Of a stretch of DNA of 37,568 nt, positions 1 to 9,506 are shown piece by piece (the stretch's first letter is position 1; every line of letters starts with the position of its first letter). The notes under the pieces were generated by a model that was given only the letters and a program-made list of their open reading frames with translations, was not told the DNA's origin and searched no databases. The stretch covers positions 1-37,568 of the forward strand of contig CP120465.1 of the NCBI GenBank assembly GCA_034226945.1. Reading direction: 5' to 3'. Source of the stretch: Picochlorum sp. SENEW3 (Eukaryota). The position numbers and the translations under genes were made by a program.

Positions 1-336
1 TTATCCTATGGTATGTTTGAACATCGTTGTTCCACACGAGTATCTCAAGATCTTCTTGAATTTCCTCGATACCGTCGTGTTCGTCGTCATTTTCAAGGTC
101 TTATTTCATCACAGGGTGTTCCATCACCTCGACCAGATATTCTTATTCTTTTGAATCCAGGGGATACACCCTATATTGTGGATGAGGCAGCACGCATGCA
201 TATTCCCGTGATTGGTTTTGTTGAATCAGATACACCATGTACACATATTCACTATCCAATTCCTGTATCTATGGGACATGTATCTCAAATCTATCACACT
301 CTTGTGCTATTACTTGGTATGTGTTCGCGGAAATAG
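1..336 (+). CDS. rps2: ribosomal protein S2, C-terminal part (continues from 37224..37568 across the origin)
   Basis: Open frame from base 1 with PDILILLNP...IVDEAARMHIPVIGFVESD...IHYPIP, the uS2 C-terminal motif; in frame with the 345 nt at the window end. Confidence 0.9.
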   Translation, partial: LSYGMFEHRCSTRVSQDLLEFPRYRRVRRHFQGLISSQGVPSPRPDILILLNPGDTPYIVDEAARMHIPVIGFVESDTPCTHIHYPIPVSMGHVSQIYHTLVLLLGMCSRK

Positions 337-398
337 CTCAGTGGTAGAGCGCTGCCTTGCCAAGGCCGAGGTCGAGGGTTCAAATCCCTTTTTCCGCT
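327..398 (+). tRNA. trnG: tRNA-Gly(GCC)
   Basis: Cloverleaf GCGGAAA/TTTCCGC, anticodon loop TT-GCC-AA, TTCAAAT T-loop. Confidence 0.95.
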
Positions 399-445
399 GA
401 TATCGTCTATCTATGTATCTCTTGTTCAAAAACACAACGTGTTGT

Positions 446-757
446 ATGTCTCGTACTCGTTCCGCTTGTATGAATCGTGATCTTGCTCGTCGACGCTTGT
501 ATAAAGAGTATGAAATTCGCCGACGTGCTCTTATGGTGTTGTATCACGATCAACATCTCAACCCACACCAACGAAGTTGCGTGATGCAAGCTCTTCATGA
601 TATAGCACGAAGTACATCACTCACACGTACTCATCGTCGATGCATTGTCTCTGGTCGAAGTCGTGGTGTGGTACGTCGATATCGTGTCTCTCGACTTGTA
701 TTTCGACGTCTTGCTGCTCAAGGACGTCTTCCAGGTGTGTATAAAGCTAGTTGGTAA
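446..757 (+). CDS. rps14: ribosomal protein S14
   Basis: RCIVSGRSRGVVRRYRVSRLVFRRLA...LPGVYKASW uS14 signature; start placed at ATG 446. Confidence 0.95.
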   Translation: MSRTRSACMNRDLARRRLYKEYEIRRRALMVLYHDQHLNPHQRSCVMQALHDIARSTSLTRTHRRCIVSGRSRGVVRRYRVSRLVFRRLAAQGRLPGVYKASW

Positions 758-769
758 TTCTATGTCTAG

Positions 770-843
770 GGTGAATATAACTTAGTCGGTCAAAGTGTCA
801 GACTGTGACTCTGAAAACACGGGTTCAAATCCCGTTATTCGCC
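770..843 (+). tRNA. trnH: tRNA-His(GUG), with encoded G-1
   Basis: Anticodon arm TCAGA-CT-GTG-AC-TCTGA; acceptor GTGAATA/TATTCGC, C discriminator. Confidence 0.95.
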
Positions 844-919
844 CATGGGTATCGACAGTATCAACACATCATGATGAAACACGATGTTTTTGCCATAGTT
901 GATCTCTTGACTCTGGTAT

Positions 920-990
920 GCGGGTATGGATTAATGGTAAATTGTCTGCCTTCCAAGCAGCTGATATGGGTTCGATTCCCATTACCCGCT
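920..990 (+). tRNA. trnG: tRNA-Gly(UCC)
   Basis: GCGGGTA/TACCCGC acceptor, anticodon TCC. Confidence 0.95.
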
Positions 991-1047
991 TGTATAGCTG
1001 TGATACCACACACATGCTATACGTCAAGCGTTGATCTATATCATAAG

Positions 1048-1121
1048 CAGGGTGTAGCGCAGTTTGGTAGCGCGCCTGTTTTGGGAACAGGAGGTCGTAG
1101 GTTCAAATCCTGCCACCCTGA
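1048..1121 (+). tRNA. trnP: tRNA-Pro(UGG)
   Basis: CAGGGTG/CACCCTG acceptor, CCTGT-TT-TGG-GA-ACAGG arm. Confidence 0.95.
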
Positions 1122-1188
1122 GAGATTATATTGTTTATATATTAATAAAGCGTGTGTAATATATCTACTGTACACAATGTTCTGTGGA

Positions 1189-1566
1189 TTATGTTCGTCG
1201 ACGTCGAGGAACTCGGCATCCATTATGGGCAATTGGTGTTGTATCGTGAATACGAAGAATCTCCATACCCGATTGTGCAAGAGCACGAACACAGCTATCT
1301 TTTCCATAGCCAAGACCTTTGACACGAACATACACACGACGAATACCCATACCAAGGGCAATTGTTGCCATATATTCACCCACTGCTTGAGCACCATATG
1401 TGGTGGATTTTCGACTATGACGAAACCCCAAGCTACCTGCACTTGTCCATGCGAGTGTATGACCAGAGGTATCAGCAAGTGTCACTATAGTATTATTACT
1501 TGTTGATTGAATAGTCATAATACCAGGTGCTCGAGCTGGCCGCGCAAATTTGTCTGATTGGTACAT
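1189..1566 (-). CDS. rps11: ribosomal protein S11
   Basis: STSNNTIVTLAD...SAGSLGF...RKST...IHDTTPIAHNGCR uS11 motifs. Confidence 0.95.
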   Translation of the reverse strand: MYQSDKFARPARAPGIMTIQSTSNNTIVTLADTSGHTLAWTSAGSLGFRHSRKSTTYGAQAVGEYMATIALGMGIRRVYVRVKGLGYGKDSCVRALAQSGMEILRIHDTTPIAHNGCRVPRRRRT

Positions 1567-1723
1567 AAATAGTATGTATATTTTTATAGCTTTGATATAG
1601 ATGTGTGTAGTATACACAGAATATACATATCAAGTATATATACGATGTAAACATGTGTTGAATCGTCCATAGACTACAAGAACAGTATAGAACACTCTAG
1701 CGTGTTCCATACTTATGTACGTG

Positions 1724-1800
1724 ACGTTGCTGTAACACGTGGACTATGTCACGTTGTTGTAACACGTGGACTATGTCACGTTGTTGTAACACGTGGACTA
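1724..1800. repeat. 27-bp tandem repeat, about 2.9 copies (ACGTTGTTGTAACACGTGGACTATGTC), duplicating the rps13 3' end
   Basis: Copies at 1724, 1751 and 1778 (partial) read directly. Confidence 0.95.
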
Positions 1801-2135
1801 CGTCGTCGACTTCGTGCATTCGTATGAGTTCGTTGTCCTCGAACTGGAAGATGAGCAACATGACGAAATCCACGATACGTTCCCATAGCAATAAGACGAC
1901 GAATAGCTTGTACGCGACGTCGATATGTGTCTTGACCTGTATGATAGTAGGTAGATACAAGTTGTTGCATGTGTTCCCAATCATGTTGGGAAATTTCACA
2001 TACTCGCATTTGTGTTGAAAACCCCATTTCATCACAGATTTGAGATGCTTGATACATACCAATCCCAGGAATATCTTGAAGAGCTTGTGTGACCAAAACA
2101 GATGGAGATACATATCGTTGAAAAAGATATGCCAT
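1776..2135 (-). CDS. rps13: ribosomal protein S13
   Basis: ALQDIPGIG...YRGFRH...LPVRGQRTHTNARS uS13 signature. Confidence 0.95.
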   Translation of the reverse strand: MAYLFQRYVSPSVLVTQALQDIPGIGMYQASQICDEMGFSTQMRVCEISQHDWEHMQQLVSTYYHTGQDTYRRRVQAIRRLIAMGTYRGFRHVAHLPVRGQRTHTNARSRRRSPRVTTT

Positions 2136-2144
2136 ACAAATCAA

Positions 2145-2684
2145 TTATTTTCGTTTGCCTGTTTTACGGCGATAGTGTACACCATGGGCATAGTAAATAC
2201 CTTTAGATTGATAGGCTGACGGAGGTCGAAGATGGGTTAATGACGCTGCAATTTGTGTGATTTGGCCGCGATCAACACCAAACAGGACAATACATGTGGG
2301 ATCGGGGGTATACACACGAATACCTTGAGGAAGACGATACATAATATCATGACTGGTCCCCACTTTAAGATAGATATACTCATCACGAACTTGAGCTCGA
2401 TATCCAATACCTCGAAGATAGAGCATAACACTATGGCCACGAGTAATACCATGGATAATACTTGCAAGACGTCCACGCCATAAACCTACCAGGGCCGGTG
2501 TTGTGCCAATAATTGTTAGAGCATGTTCTGTATAGTGCCATGCAATACAACCATGGGGATCCATATGAGCAATGTCTAGGGTTAGAGACCCCAATGGCCC
2601 ATGAAATGTCCAACCACCATGATGACTTTGAAATGTCACGTGGGATGGTAAACATAGGGTATATGTTGATGTTGTACGTGCCAT
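2145..2684 (-). CDS. rpl6: ribosomal protein L6
   Basis: GPLGSL...LRGIGYRA...LRPPSAYQSKGIYY...RRKTGK uL6 motifs. Confidence 0.92.
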   Translation of the reverse strand: MARTTSTYTLCLPSHVTFQSHHGGWTFHGPLGSLTLDIAHMDPHGCIAWHYTEHALTIIGTTPALVGLWRGRLASIIHGITRGHSVMLYLRGIGYRAQVRDEYIYLKVGTSHDIMYRLPQGIRVYTPDPTCIVLFGVDRGQITQIAASLTHLRPPSAYQSKGIYYAHGVHYRRKTGKRK

Positions 2685-2691
2685 GGATATA

Positions 2692-3225
2692 TTACATTTT
2701 TACAGGAATGGCAAGTCCACTCCACAAACATGCTGCCAATGCGGGAGATGTGGGAGAACATACAAAACTCATATCAAGGCCTTGAACACCAGGAATATAT
2801 TCCCATAAATATTCCACTTCAGGGTACATAAAAACATCACGACATCCAATGCTCCAATGACCGAGAGTATTCATGGATGTCATAGAGAGACCTTGGTAAT
2901 CTCGATGTCGAGTCCAAGCCATATGGACTACTTTATGCATAAAATTCCACATTATGTCATGACGTAATGTAACACGGCATCCTAAAACTTGGTCTTGGCG
3001 AAGTCGAAATCCTGCCATTGCAGTACGAGCTCGGGTCCATTGAGGACATTGACCAGTAATAGATGTCACCAGGGCACCACTCGCTACAACATGGTCTACT
3101 TGAGTTCCTGGTGTTGTATGCACATGAATACTTTGTGGGTAGGGTGTTGTATGAGGGGTATATGTATATCCTTTATACATCATATCCTGTGCCACAATAG
3201 TTGTATAATATGTTGCCGATGTCAT
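2692..3225 (-). CDS. rpl5: ribosomal protein L5
   Basis: ITGQCPQWTRAR..AGFRLR...GCRVTLR...YPEVEY...GLD uL5 motifs. Confidence 0.92.
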   Translation of the reverse strand: MTSATYYTTIVAQDMMYKGYTYTPHTTPYPQSIHVHTTPGTQVDHVVASGALVTSITGQCPQWTRARTAMAGFRLRQDQVLGCRVTLRHDIMWNFMHKVVHMAWTRHRDYQGLSMTSMNTLGHWSIGCRDVFMYPEVEYLWEYIPGVQGLDMSFVCSPTSPALAACLWSGLAIPVKM

Positions 3226-3317
3226 CCTTGATGTTTTTGTCCAACAATATGAGAGATGCTATGTCGCTCTATATGAGATGCACACCAGATCTATAGTCCA
3301 GTCTCTCCACATATCAT

Positions 3318-3389
3318 GTCCCCTTCGTCTAGTGGTTAGGACACTGCCTTTTCAAGGCAGGAACACGGGTTCAAACCCCGTAGGGGATA
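3318..3389 (+). tRNA. trnE: tRNA-Glu(UUC)
   Basis: GTCCCCT/AGGGGAT acceptor, CTGCC-TT-TTC-AA-GGCAG arm. Confidence 0.95.
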
Positions 3390-3446
3390 CAAGACCATAT
3401 AGATCCTTGTCGTATGGTCGATGCCCTGATTTAGACTCAAAGATAG

Positions 3447-3682
<236 letters not shown>

Positions 3683-3726
3683 TGATATCAACAGAGATGC
3701 TATGCGTATCGTAGACGTATAGCATT

Positions 3727-3781
3727 GTCTCTAGAGATCTAGTCTCTAGAGATCTAGTCTCTAGAGATCTAGTCTCTAGAG
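3727..3781. repeat. 15-bp tandem repeat, about 3.7 copies (GTCTCTAGAGATCTA), built from palindromes
   Basis: Copies at 3727, 3742, 3757 and 3772 (partial). Confidence 0.95.
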
Positions 3782-3786
3782 TATGT

Positions 3787-3903
3787 TCAAGGGATTTTCT
3801 GAGATAGAGTGTGCTACACCCGAACCCAACTGACTTCGATATGTGACCCCACTCTATACTATATGTACTGCATCCCGCGGGAGACGTAGGTAAAGTCCCT
3901 TGA
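3787..3903 (+). rRNA. rrn5: mitochondrial 5S rRNA
   Basis: Terminal stem TCAAGGGATTT/AAAGTCCCTTGA; CACCCGAACCCA, TCGATATGTG, ATATGTACTG and CGGGAGAC motifs typical of green-lineage mitochondrial 5S. Confidence 0.88.
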
Positions 3904-3908
3904 CATAT

Positions 3909-3981
3909 GGCGGAATAGTTCAATTGGTAGAACATTGGAGTCATAATCCACAGGTTGGGGGTTCAAGTCCCTCTTTCGCTA
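3909..3981 (+). tRNA. trnM: tRNA-Met(CAU), elongator type; followed by genomic CCA (3982-3984)
   Basis: GGCGGAA/TTTCGCT acceptor; GGAGT-CAT-AATCC anticodon region resembling alphaproteobacterial elongator Met tRNA. Confidence 0.85.
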
Positions 3982-5608
3982 CCACGACACATATGAGAGG
4001 GCATATCGTGGATGCCTTGACATATTGCATGGGACGTACTCGACAACGAAACGCCATGGCGAGCTGTCATGATGCTGAGACCCATGGATTTCCCTGGAGA
4101 AAACTCCATTGATTTACATACACCCAGCCAACTGAAACATCTAAGTAGCTGGAGGAAAAGACATCAACCGAGATTTCGTTAGTAGTGGTGAGCGAACGCG
4201 AAATAGGCCCTGTATACACATTATCCATAGAATGTGGACTAAATAGGTGGAATCCTATACCAAAGAGGGTGAGAGTCCCGTTGTTCATACATGAAACATT
4301 GGTATACAGTATATGAGTACCACGAACATCCGAGTTTGTGGGAATATAGGGGGACCACCCTCTAAGCCTAAATATTGCAATATGATCGATAGTATAGAGT
4401 ACCGTGAGGGAAAGGTGAAAAAGTACCCCGAAAGGGGAGTGAAATAGATCCTGAAACGGTGTGCCTACAAGCAGTCGAAGCCCGCTATGTGTAGTGGGTG
4501 ACGGCGTACCTTTTGCATAATGGGTCAGCGAGTAGATAGAGCGTGCACGCTTAAGCCAGTAGGTGGAGGCCTAGTCAACGCGAGTTGTCACACAACATAG
4601 ACATGTACGTTCTATCTGACCCGAAACCAGGTGATCTCGTTATGTGCCGGTGGAAGATCTACTATCCTAGATCAGAGGACCTCACTCACGTCTGTGGCAA
4701 TAGACGGAGATGACATGTGACGAGGGGTGAAAAGCCAATCGAACCTGGAAATAGCTGGTTTTCTGCGAAATCTATTGAGGTAGAGCCCATTGTACGATGT
4801 ATGGGGGGTAGAGCACTTTTTGGTGACAGGTGGCCCAAAGCTTGACTGTCTCCAGGAAAACTCCAAATACCCATACCATCATCAATGGAGACAGACACAG
4901 GGTGCAAAGGTCCTGTGTCGAGAGGGAAACAGCCCAGACCGAACGCTAAGGTTCCCAAACCATATCTGAGTGGGAAAGGAAGTTTTCACGCTTTGACAAC
5001 CAGGAAGTAGGCTTGGAAGCAGCCACCTTATGATGATAGCGTAATAGCTCACTGGTCGATGCGTGAAAGCGCCAACAATGTCACGGAGCTCAAGATATGT
5101 ACCGACGCGGCGGCTTATAGTCATGTATACCACAGTGTGGTATATCCATAGAAACTATAAGGGTAGCAGAACGTTCTGTATATTGTATGAAGGGGGTATG
5201 TGAATACCCCTGGAGATTTCAGAAGTGAGAATGCTGACATGAGTAACGACATATCCTGTGAAAACCAGGATCGCCGAAAATTCCAGGGTTTCTACAGTAC
5301 GGTATACGGTGTAGAGTCAATCGGCCCCTAAGGCAGCCGGTGAACACCGTGGGCTGATGGGTAGTATGCACTATGTGACGACATCGGGATGTCTAGATAC
5401 TGTTTGTGGAACTCAATATCTAGACAGACCATGTCCAGGAAATAGCATAGTGCCATGCATATAACCGTACCCCAAACCAACACAGGTGAATTGGTGTAAG
5501 TGCACTCAGGCGATGAGATACGTATATTGAAGGAACTCGGCAAATTGCCTCCGTACCTTTGGAATATGGAGGACCATGCATATGCATGGTGGCACAGTAT
5601 AGGGGGTA

Positions 5609-5639
<31 letters not shown>

Positions 5640-5655
5640 CAAGTGGTAACACGAC

Positions 5656-5686
<31 letters not shown>

Positions 5687-5947
5687 TACCGAACAGGACA
5701 GGTTCACGCTTGAAATCGAAGGTCCAGTAAACGGCGGCCGTAACTCTGACGGTCCTAAGGTATCGTGTGATGTTCACAGATCAACGCAAGCCTTAGTAAA
5801 ACCAAACTATATGCTGGAAACTCCTCCAAAACTTTTCAATACTCATATCAGTATGATATAGTAAAAATTTGAAAGACATGGGGACAATCAGCAGGAAAGA
5901 CGTATAGAATCTATACGAATCCCCAGAGACGATACGTTTGGAAACAT

Positions 5948-6380
5948 ATGACAATACAACTACAAACACAATGGATTGTAGGTTTTGTGGATGGTGAAGG
6001 ATGTTTTCATATTGGTATTTCAAAACATCCAGAATGTACCCTTGGATATCAAGTACTTCCAGAATTTACTGTGGTACAACATGCTCAAGATGTACAAGTT
6101 CTCTATGCTCTGAAACATTTTTGGGTGTGGTGTTGTACGTCAACACGGTGCTACAACATGGTGCTATCGTGTTCGTCAACGAACACATTTAGAGACCATG
6201 ATTGTACCATTTTTTGAAAAGCATACGCTCAAGACAAAAAAACGTCTTGATTTTATTCAATTTCGAAAAGTACTCATCTGGATGCATCGAGGAGACCATT
6301 TAACATCAGCAGGTTTAGCACGTATTCGTGAGACTCAACGTCGTATGAATACACGAGCACCTGTACTACATCGCTACTAA
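5948..6380 (+). CDS. intron-encoded single-motif LAGLIDADG homing endonuclease, frameshifted at T5 6118-6122
   Basis: QWIVGFVDGEGCF motif; after the shift it continues GCGVVR...IVPFFEKHTLKTKKRLDFIQFRKV...HLTSAGL. Confidence 0.88.
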
Positions 6381-6417
6381 TTCACGTGGAGTAATTCACG
6401 TGGAGTAATTCACGTGG
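6378..6417. repeat. 14-bp tandem repeat, about 2.9 copies (TAATTCACGTGGAG), starting at the endonuclease stop codon
   Basis: Copies at 6378, 6392 and 6406 (partial). Confidence 0.93.
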
Positions 6418-6777
6418 GGCGTAGCACGTCTATGTTTAAGATAGAGTCCACCTCTGTATGAAAATACAGGGAGTATGTGAGCGAAATTCCTTGTCGGGTA
6501 AGTTCCGACGTGCATGAATGGTGTCACGACTGCCCCGCTGTCTCCAATATACACTCAGTGAAATTGAATTCTCCGTGCAGATGCGGAGTCCCCAAAAGTA
6601 GACGGTAAGACCCTATGCACCTTTACTGCAATGTATTATTGATACTGGATACACGTTGTGTAGCATAGGTGGGAGCCTTATGGCACTCTTGAAATACCAC
6701 CCTGCGTGTCTCTTGTATCTCACCTACATATCTGTAGGAAACGTGATACATGGGTAGTTTAACTGGGGCGGTTGCTT

Positions 6778-7857
6778 TATACGGAGCCCACGTATGGTAA
6801 CATACGTGTGATACATTCGGCTATATGCTGGAACGTCTGTTCATCCATACTAGAAAAACCCCACAAGACGCGCGTTACATTTTCTAGATATGAGATGGTG
6901 ATACATACTCAAGAAAGAGTCTAAAGAATCTCTACAACTCCGCCCGAAACATATATGTCTCCTATGGAGCAGACAGTAGTAGAGTGCAGATAATCAGCAG
7001 GAAACCAAAGTACACTTTGGTGTATGAGTAGGATCCTCAACGACTACACGCCGAACATCCTATAGAACATCATGACATATCTCTATGTGTATCCACGAGA
7101 GAGCGTGCATGCATGTTTTTAGGATGATGATATAGTCTGAACTACCAGGCGACTGGTAGAGTCTATGGTGGTGTGATACAACACACTGTAGACCTTATGG
7201 TGGGTACACATTGTTGAGTGTGTTTCGAAAACGTCTATAGAAACAATATCCCTATCACAATATCAACAAGATGTTCTTTATGGTTCTCTTTTAGGAGATG
7301 GACATCTTGAAGCATATCATGGTCGGACATCAACGTCCTACCGATATATTCTTGTTCAATCCACGCGAAAATCAATCTATATACGTTGGATGCAGAGTGT
7401 GTTTGCACCCTATATCACGCATGCATTGTATGTACGATATTGTCCCACACAACAAGGATACACAAGTACATATCGACTTTGTACACGACGTCATATTGAT
7501 TTTCAACCCGTTGGGCATCTCTGGTATCCCCATGGCACAAAATGTGTTCCACGTACAGCGCATATATGGTTAACGCCTCGTGCATTGGCCGTATGGTATA
7601 TGGAAGATGGAAGTATAAAATCCAAGATATCCAAAGGAGTGTATCTGAATACACATGGATTTACACGAGATGATAGTGAGTATCTGTGTGATGTATTGAA
7701 CACACGCTATAGAATTCAATGTTGGCCAGTTCCAGATCGACATCAGTATCGTATCTATGTCTCTGGACATAGTTATACGTGTCTATCTCGTTTGATTGTA
7801 CCGTATTTCACATCAGATATGATGTATAAATGGCCACCACCACGAGTAACATCATTG
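6778..7857 (+). mobile_element. group I intron at LSU position about 2262, 1080 nt
   Basis: Interrupts GGGGCGGTTGCTT^CCTAAAGAGTAACGG; P1 GCTT/GAGC with a U.G pair; terminal G; AATCAGCAGG, TCAACGACTACA and GATGATATAGTCTG core elements. Confidence 0.9.
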
Positions 7858-7869
7858 CCTAAAGAGTAA
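7192..7869 (+). CDS. intron-encoded two-motif LAGLIDADG endonuclease (I-SceI-like); start codon unclear, stop lies in the downstream rRNA exon
   Basis: Frame open from 7192; motif 1 DVLYGSLLGDGHL (about 7270) lies upstream of the first ATG (7390); motif 2 LTPRALAVWYMEDGS. Confidence 0.85.
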   Translation, partial: TLWWVHIVECVSKTSIETISLSQYQQDVLYGSLLGDGHLEAYHGRTSTSYRYILVQSTRKSIYIRWMQSVFAPYITHALYVRYCPTQQGYTSTYRLCTRRHIDFQPVGHLWYPHGTKCVPRTAHIWLTPRALAVWYMEDGSIKSKISKGVYLNTHGFTRDDSEYLCDVLNTRYRIQCWPVPDRHQYRIYVSGHSYTCLSRLIVPYFTSDMMYKWPPPRVTSLPKE

Positions 7870-8099
7870 CGGAAGCGTGCAAAGGTAAGTTCACATGGGA
7901 CGGAAACCCATGGTAGAGCGTAATGGTATATGCTTGCCTGACTGCAAGACTTACAGGTCGAGCAGAGACGAAAGTCGGCCATAGTGACCCGGGAGTACCA
8001 CGTGGATGGGCTCTCGAGTAACGGATCAAAGGTACGCTAGGGATAACAGGCTGATGACTCCCAAGAGCTCCTATCGACGGAGTCGTTTGGCACCTCGAT

Positions 8100-9114
8100 A
8101 AGCGATAGTCGAGGATAAAGTGGGTGAATTGTCAAGAATCTCTCCGTCCATACTGGTCTATTCAAAACCAGCGTGTGGTTGTGACCACACGACTATGATG
8201 GACTGAGACAACTTGCAGCGAAGTTTTATAGGACTGTATCCCATGTCATACATACATGATGATAATCTATAAAAAACGTTCAACGACTAGAGGGTGAGTT
8301 CAGTCAACAATACTCCCTCCACGAGCGCCCACCAAAGATATCGTACCTATGACATATACATCACGAGCATGGATTCGACATGGATATCATCTTAATAGTC
8401 GGTATTGGCAACAATGGAAATTACAGCGTCCACCACTTGCACCATATCTTCAACACTGTCTGTTGGGGATATGTTTAGGAGATGCGCATGTATTTCGCTC
8501 AAGCCGACATGCAGCGTTGAAATTCCAGCAAGGCGCTCATCAGTATGAATTTATTCAATATCTTTTTATACTATTTCAACAATGGAGATGGATGCCTACT
8601 CTTGGTATTCGATATACATCTACAGGTGATATCAAGAGTTACTGGTTTAAAACCTTTTCACATCCCGAATTTACACCCTACTACACTGCTCTCTATCCAG
8701 TAGGACATACATCACGACAGATTCCCACGATGTGTTTACACCGTCTTGGGCTGTCACCTATTGTGCTTGCCTATTGGATTATATGCGATGGTGGTTTACA
8801 TCGGGATGGACGAACACTCACGCTTCATACACAATGTTGGACATATACACAGCAACAGGAGTTGGTATCCTTGTTTTATACATTTTATGGATGGCACGTC
8901 CAGTGTCGACGTCATAAAAATAAGTATTGGGTCTTAGAAATCCCAGCTCCATATAGTGATGCGTGTGCTCGGTATATTAGTCCGTGGATACTACCATCTT
9001 TTGCCTATAAAGTACCACGAGAGACATCTACACGATATCTTTGATGACATAGTCTGAACTTCAAGGTGACTTGAAGAAGTATAGGATAAAGAGCCTATAC
9101 GATAACATATATTG
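8100..9114 (+). mobile_element. group I intron at LSU position about 2500, 1015 nt
   Basis: Interrupts GGCACCTCGAT^GTCGACTCATC; P1 CCTCGAT/GTCGAGG; terminal G; TTCAACGACTAGA and GATGACATAGTCTG core elements. Confidence 0.94.
8349..9044 (+). CDS. intron-encoded two-motif LAGLIDADG endonuclease/maturase
   Basis: LLGICLGDAH and SPIVLAYWIICDGG motifs, YWFKTFSHP, TLHTQ, ILPSFAYK; intact 231-aa ORF. Confidence 0.9.
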   Translation: MTYTSRAWIRHGYHLNSRYWQQWKLQRPPLAPYLQHCLLGICLGDAHVFRSSRHAALKFQQGAHQYEFIQYLFILFQQWRWMPTLGIRYTSTGDIKSYWFKTFSHPEFTPYYTALYPVGHTSRQIPTMCLHRLGLSPIVLAYWIICDGGLHRDGRTLTLHTQCWTYTQQQELVSLFYTFYGWHVQCRRHKNKYWVLEIPAPYSDACARYISPWILPSFAYKVPRETSTRYL

Positions 9115-9475
9115 GTCGACTCATCGCATCCTCGAGCTGAAGAAGGTTCGAAGGGTTCGGCTGTTCGCCGATGAAAGCGGTACGTGAGTTGGGTTTAATA
9201 CGTCGTAAGACAGTATGGATCCTATCTCTTTTGGGTGTATACAACTGCGGAGGGCGTGTTCTTGTACGAGAGGACCGACCACGACAAACCTCTGATGGAC
9301 CAGTTGTCTCGCCAGAGGCACAGCTGGGTAGTTACGTTTGGGAGCAACAACTGCTGAAAGCATCTCAAGCAGGCAATCTCTCTCCAAAACATGTTGTATC
9401 AATCGTAGAAGACGACTACGGAATAGGTAGAATGTCGAAGCATAGTAATATGTGTGCATATCTATACTAATATAC

Positions 9476-9506
9476 TGTGATAGACTCCTTTTGGAGTCTA
9501 TTCACA
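9476..9506. terminator. stem-loop immediately 3' of rnl (possible terminator or processing signal)
   Basis: TGTGA-TAGACTCC-TTTT-GGAGTCTA-T-TCACA inverted repeat; function inferred from position only. Confidence 0.45.

Larger units (their letters stand above)
5762..6479 (+). mobile_element. group I intron at LSU position about 1931 (E. coli numbering), 718 nt
   Basis: Interrupts GGTCCTAAGGT^AGCGAAATTCC; ends in G; guide sequence GCCTTAG pairs with the 5' exon CTAAGGT; AATCAGCAGG and AAGATAGAGTCCA core elements. Confidence 0.93.
3990..9470 (+). rRNA. rnl: large subunit rRNA, four exons (about 3990-5761, 6480-6777, 7858-8099, 9115-about 9470); ends approximate
   Basis: Universal LSU motifs: GAAACATCTAAGTA, GAGTACCGTGAGGGAAAGG, GGTCCTAAGGT|AGCGAAATTCCTTGTCGGGTAAGTTCCGAC, GGGATAACAGG, GTACGAGAGGACC (sarcin-ricin loop). 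Confidence 0.97.

Noticed and set aside
805..1506. 233-aa plus-strand ORF
   Set aside because: Runs across three tRNA genes and antisense to rps11; no recognisable protein
1749..1778. UGA read as Trp (alternative genetic code)
   Set aside because: Conserved genes translate fully under the standard code, the only Trp tRNA has anticodon CCA, and tatC ends in TGA overlapping the nad6 ATG
4067..5777. ORFs antisense to rnl, and similar ORFs over rns (e.g. 12746..13405)
   Set aside because: Shadow ORFs over conserved rRNA sequence
8038..8057. I-SceI-like site TAGGGATAACAGG
   Set aside because: Ordinary conserved LSU sequence around the unoccupied L2449 intron position
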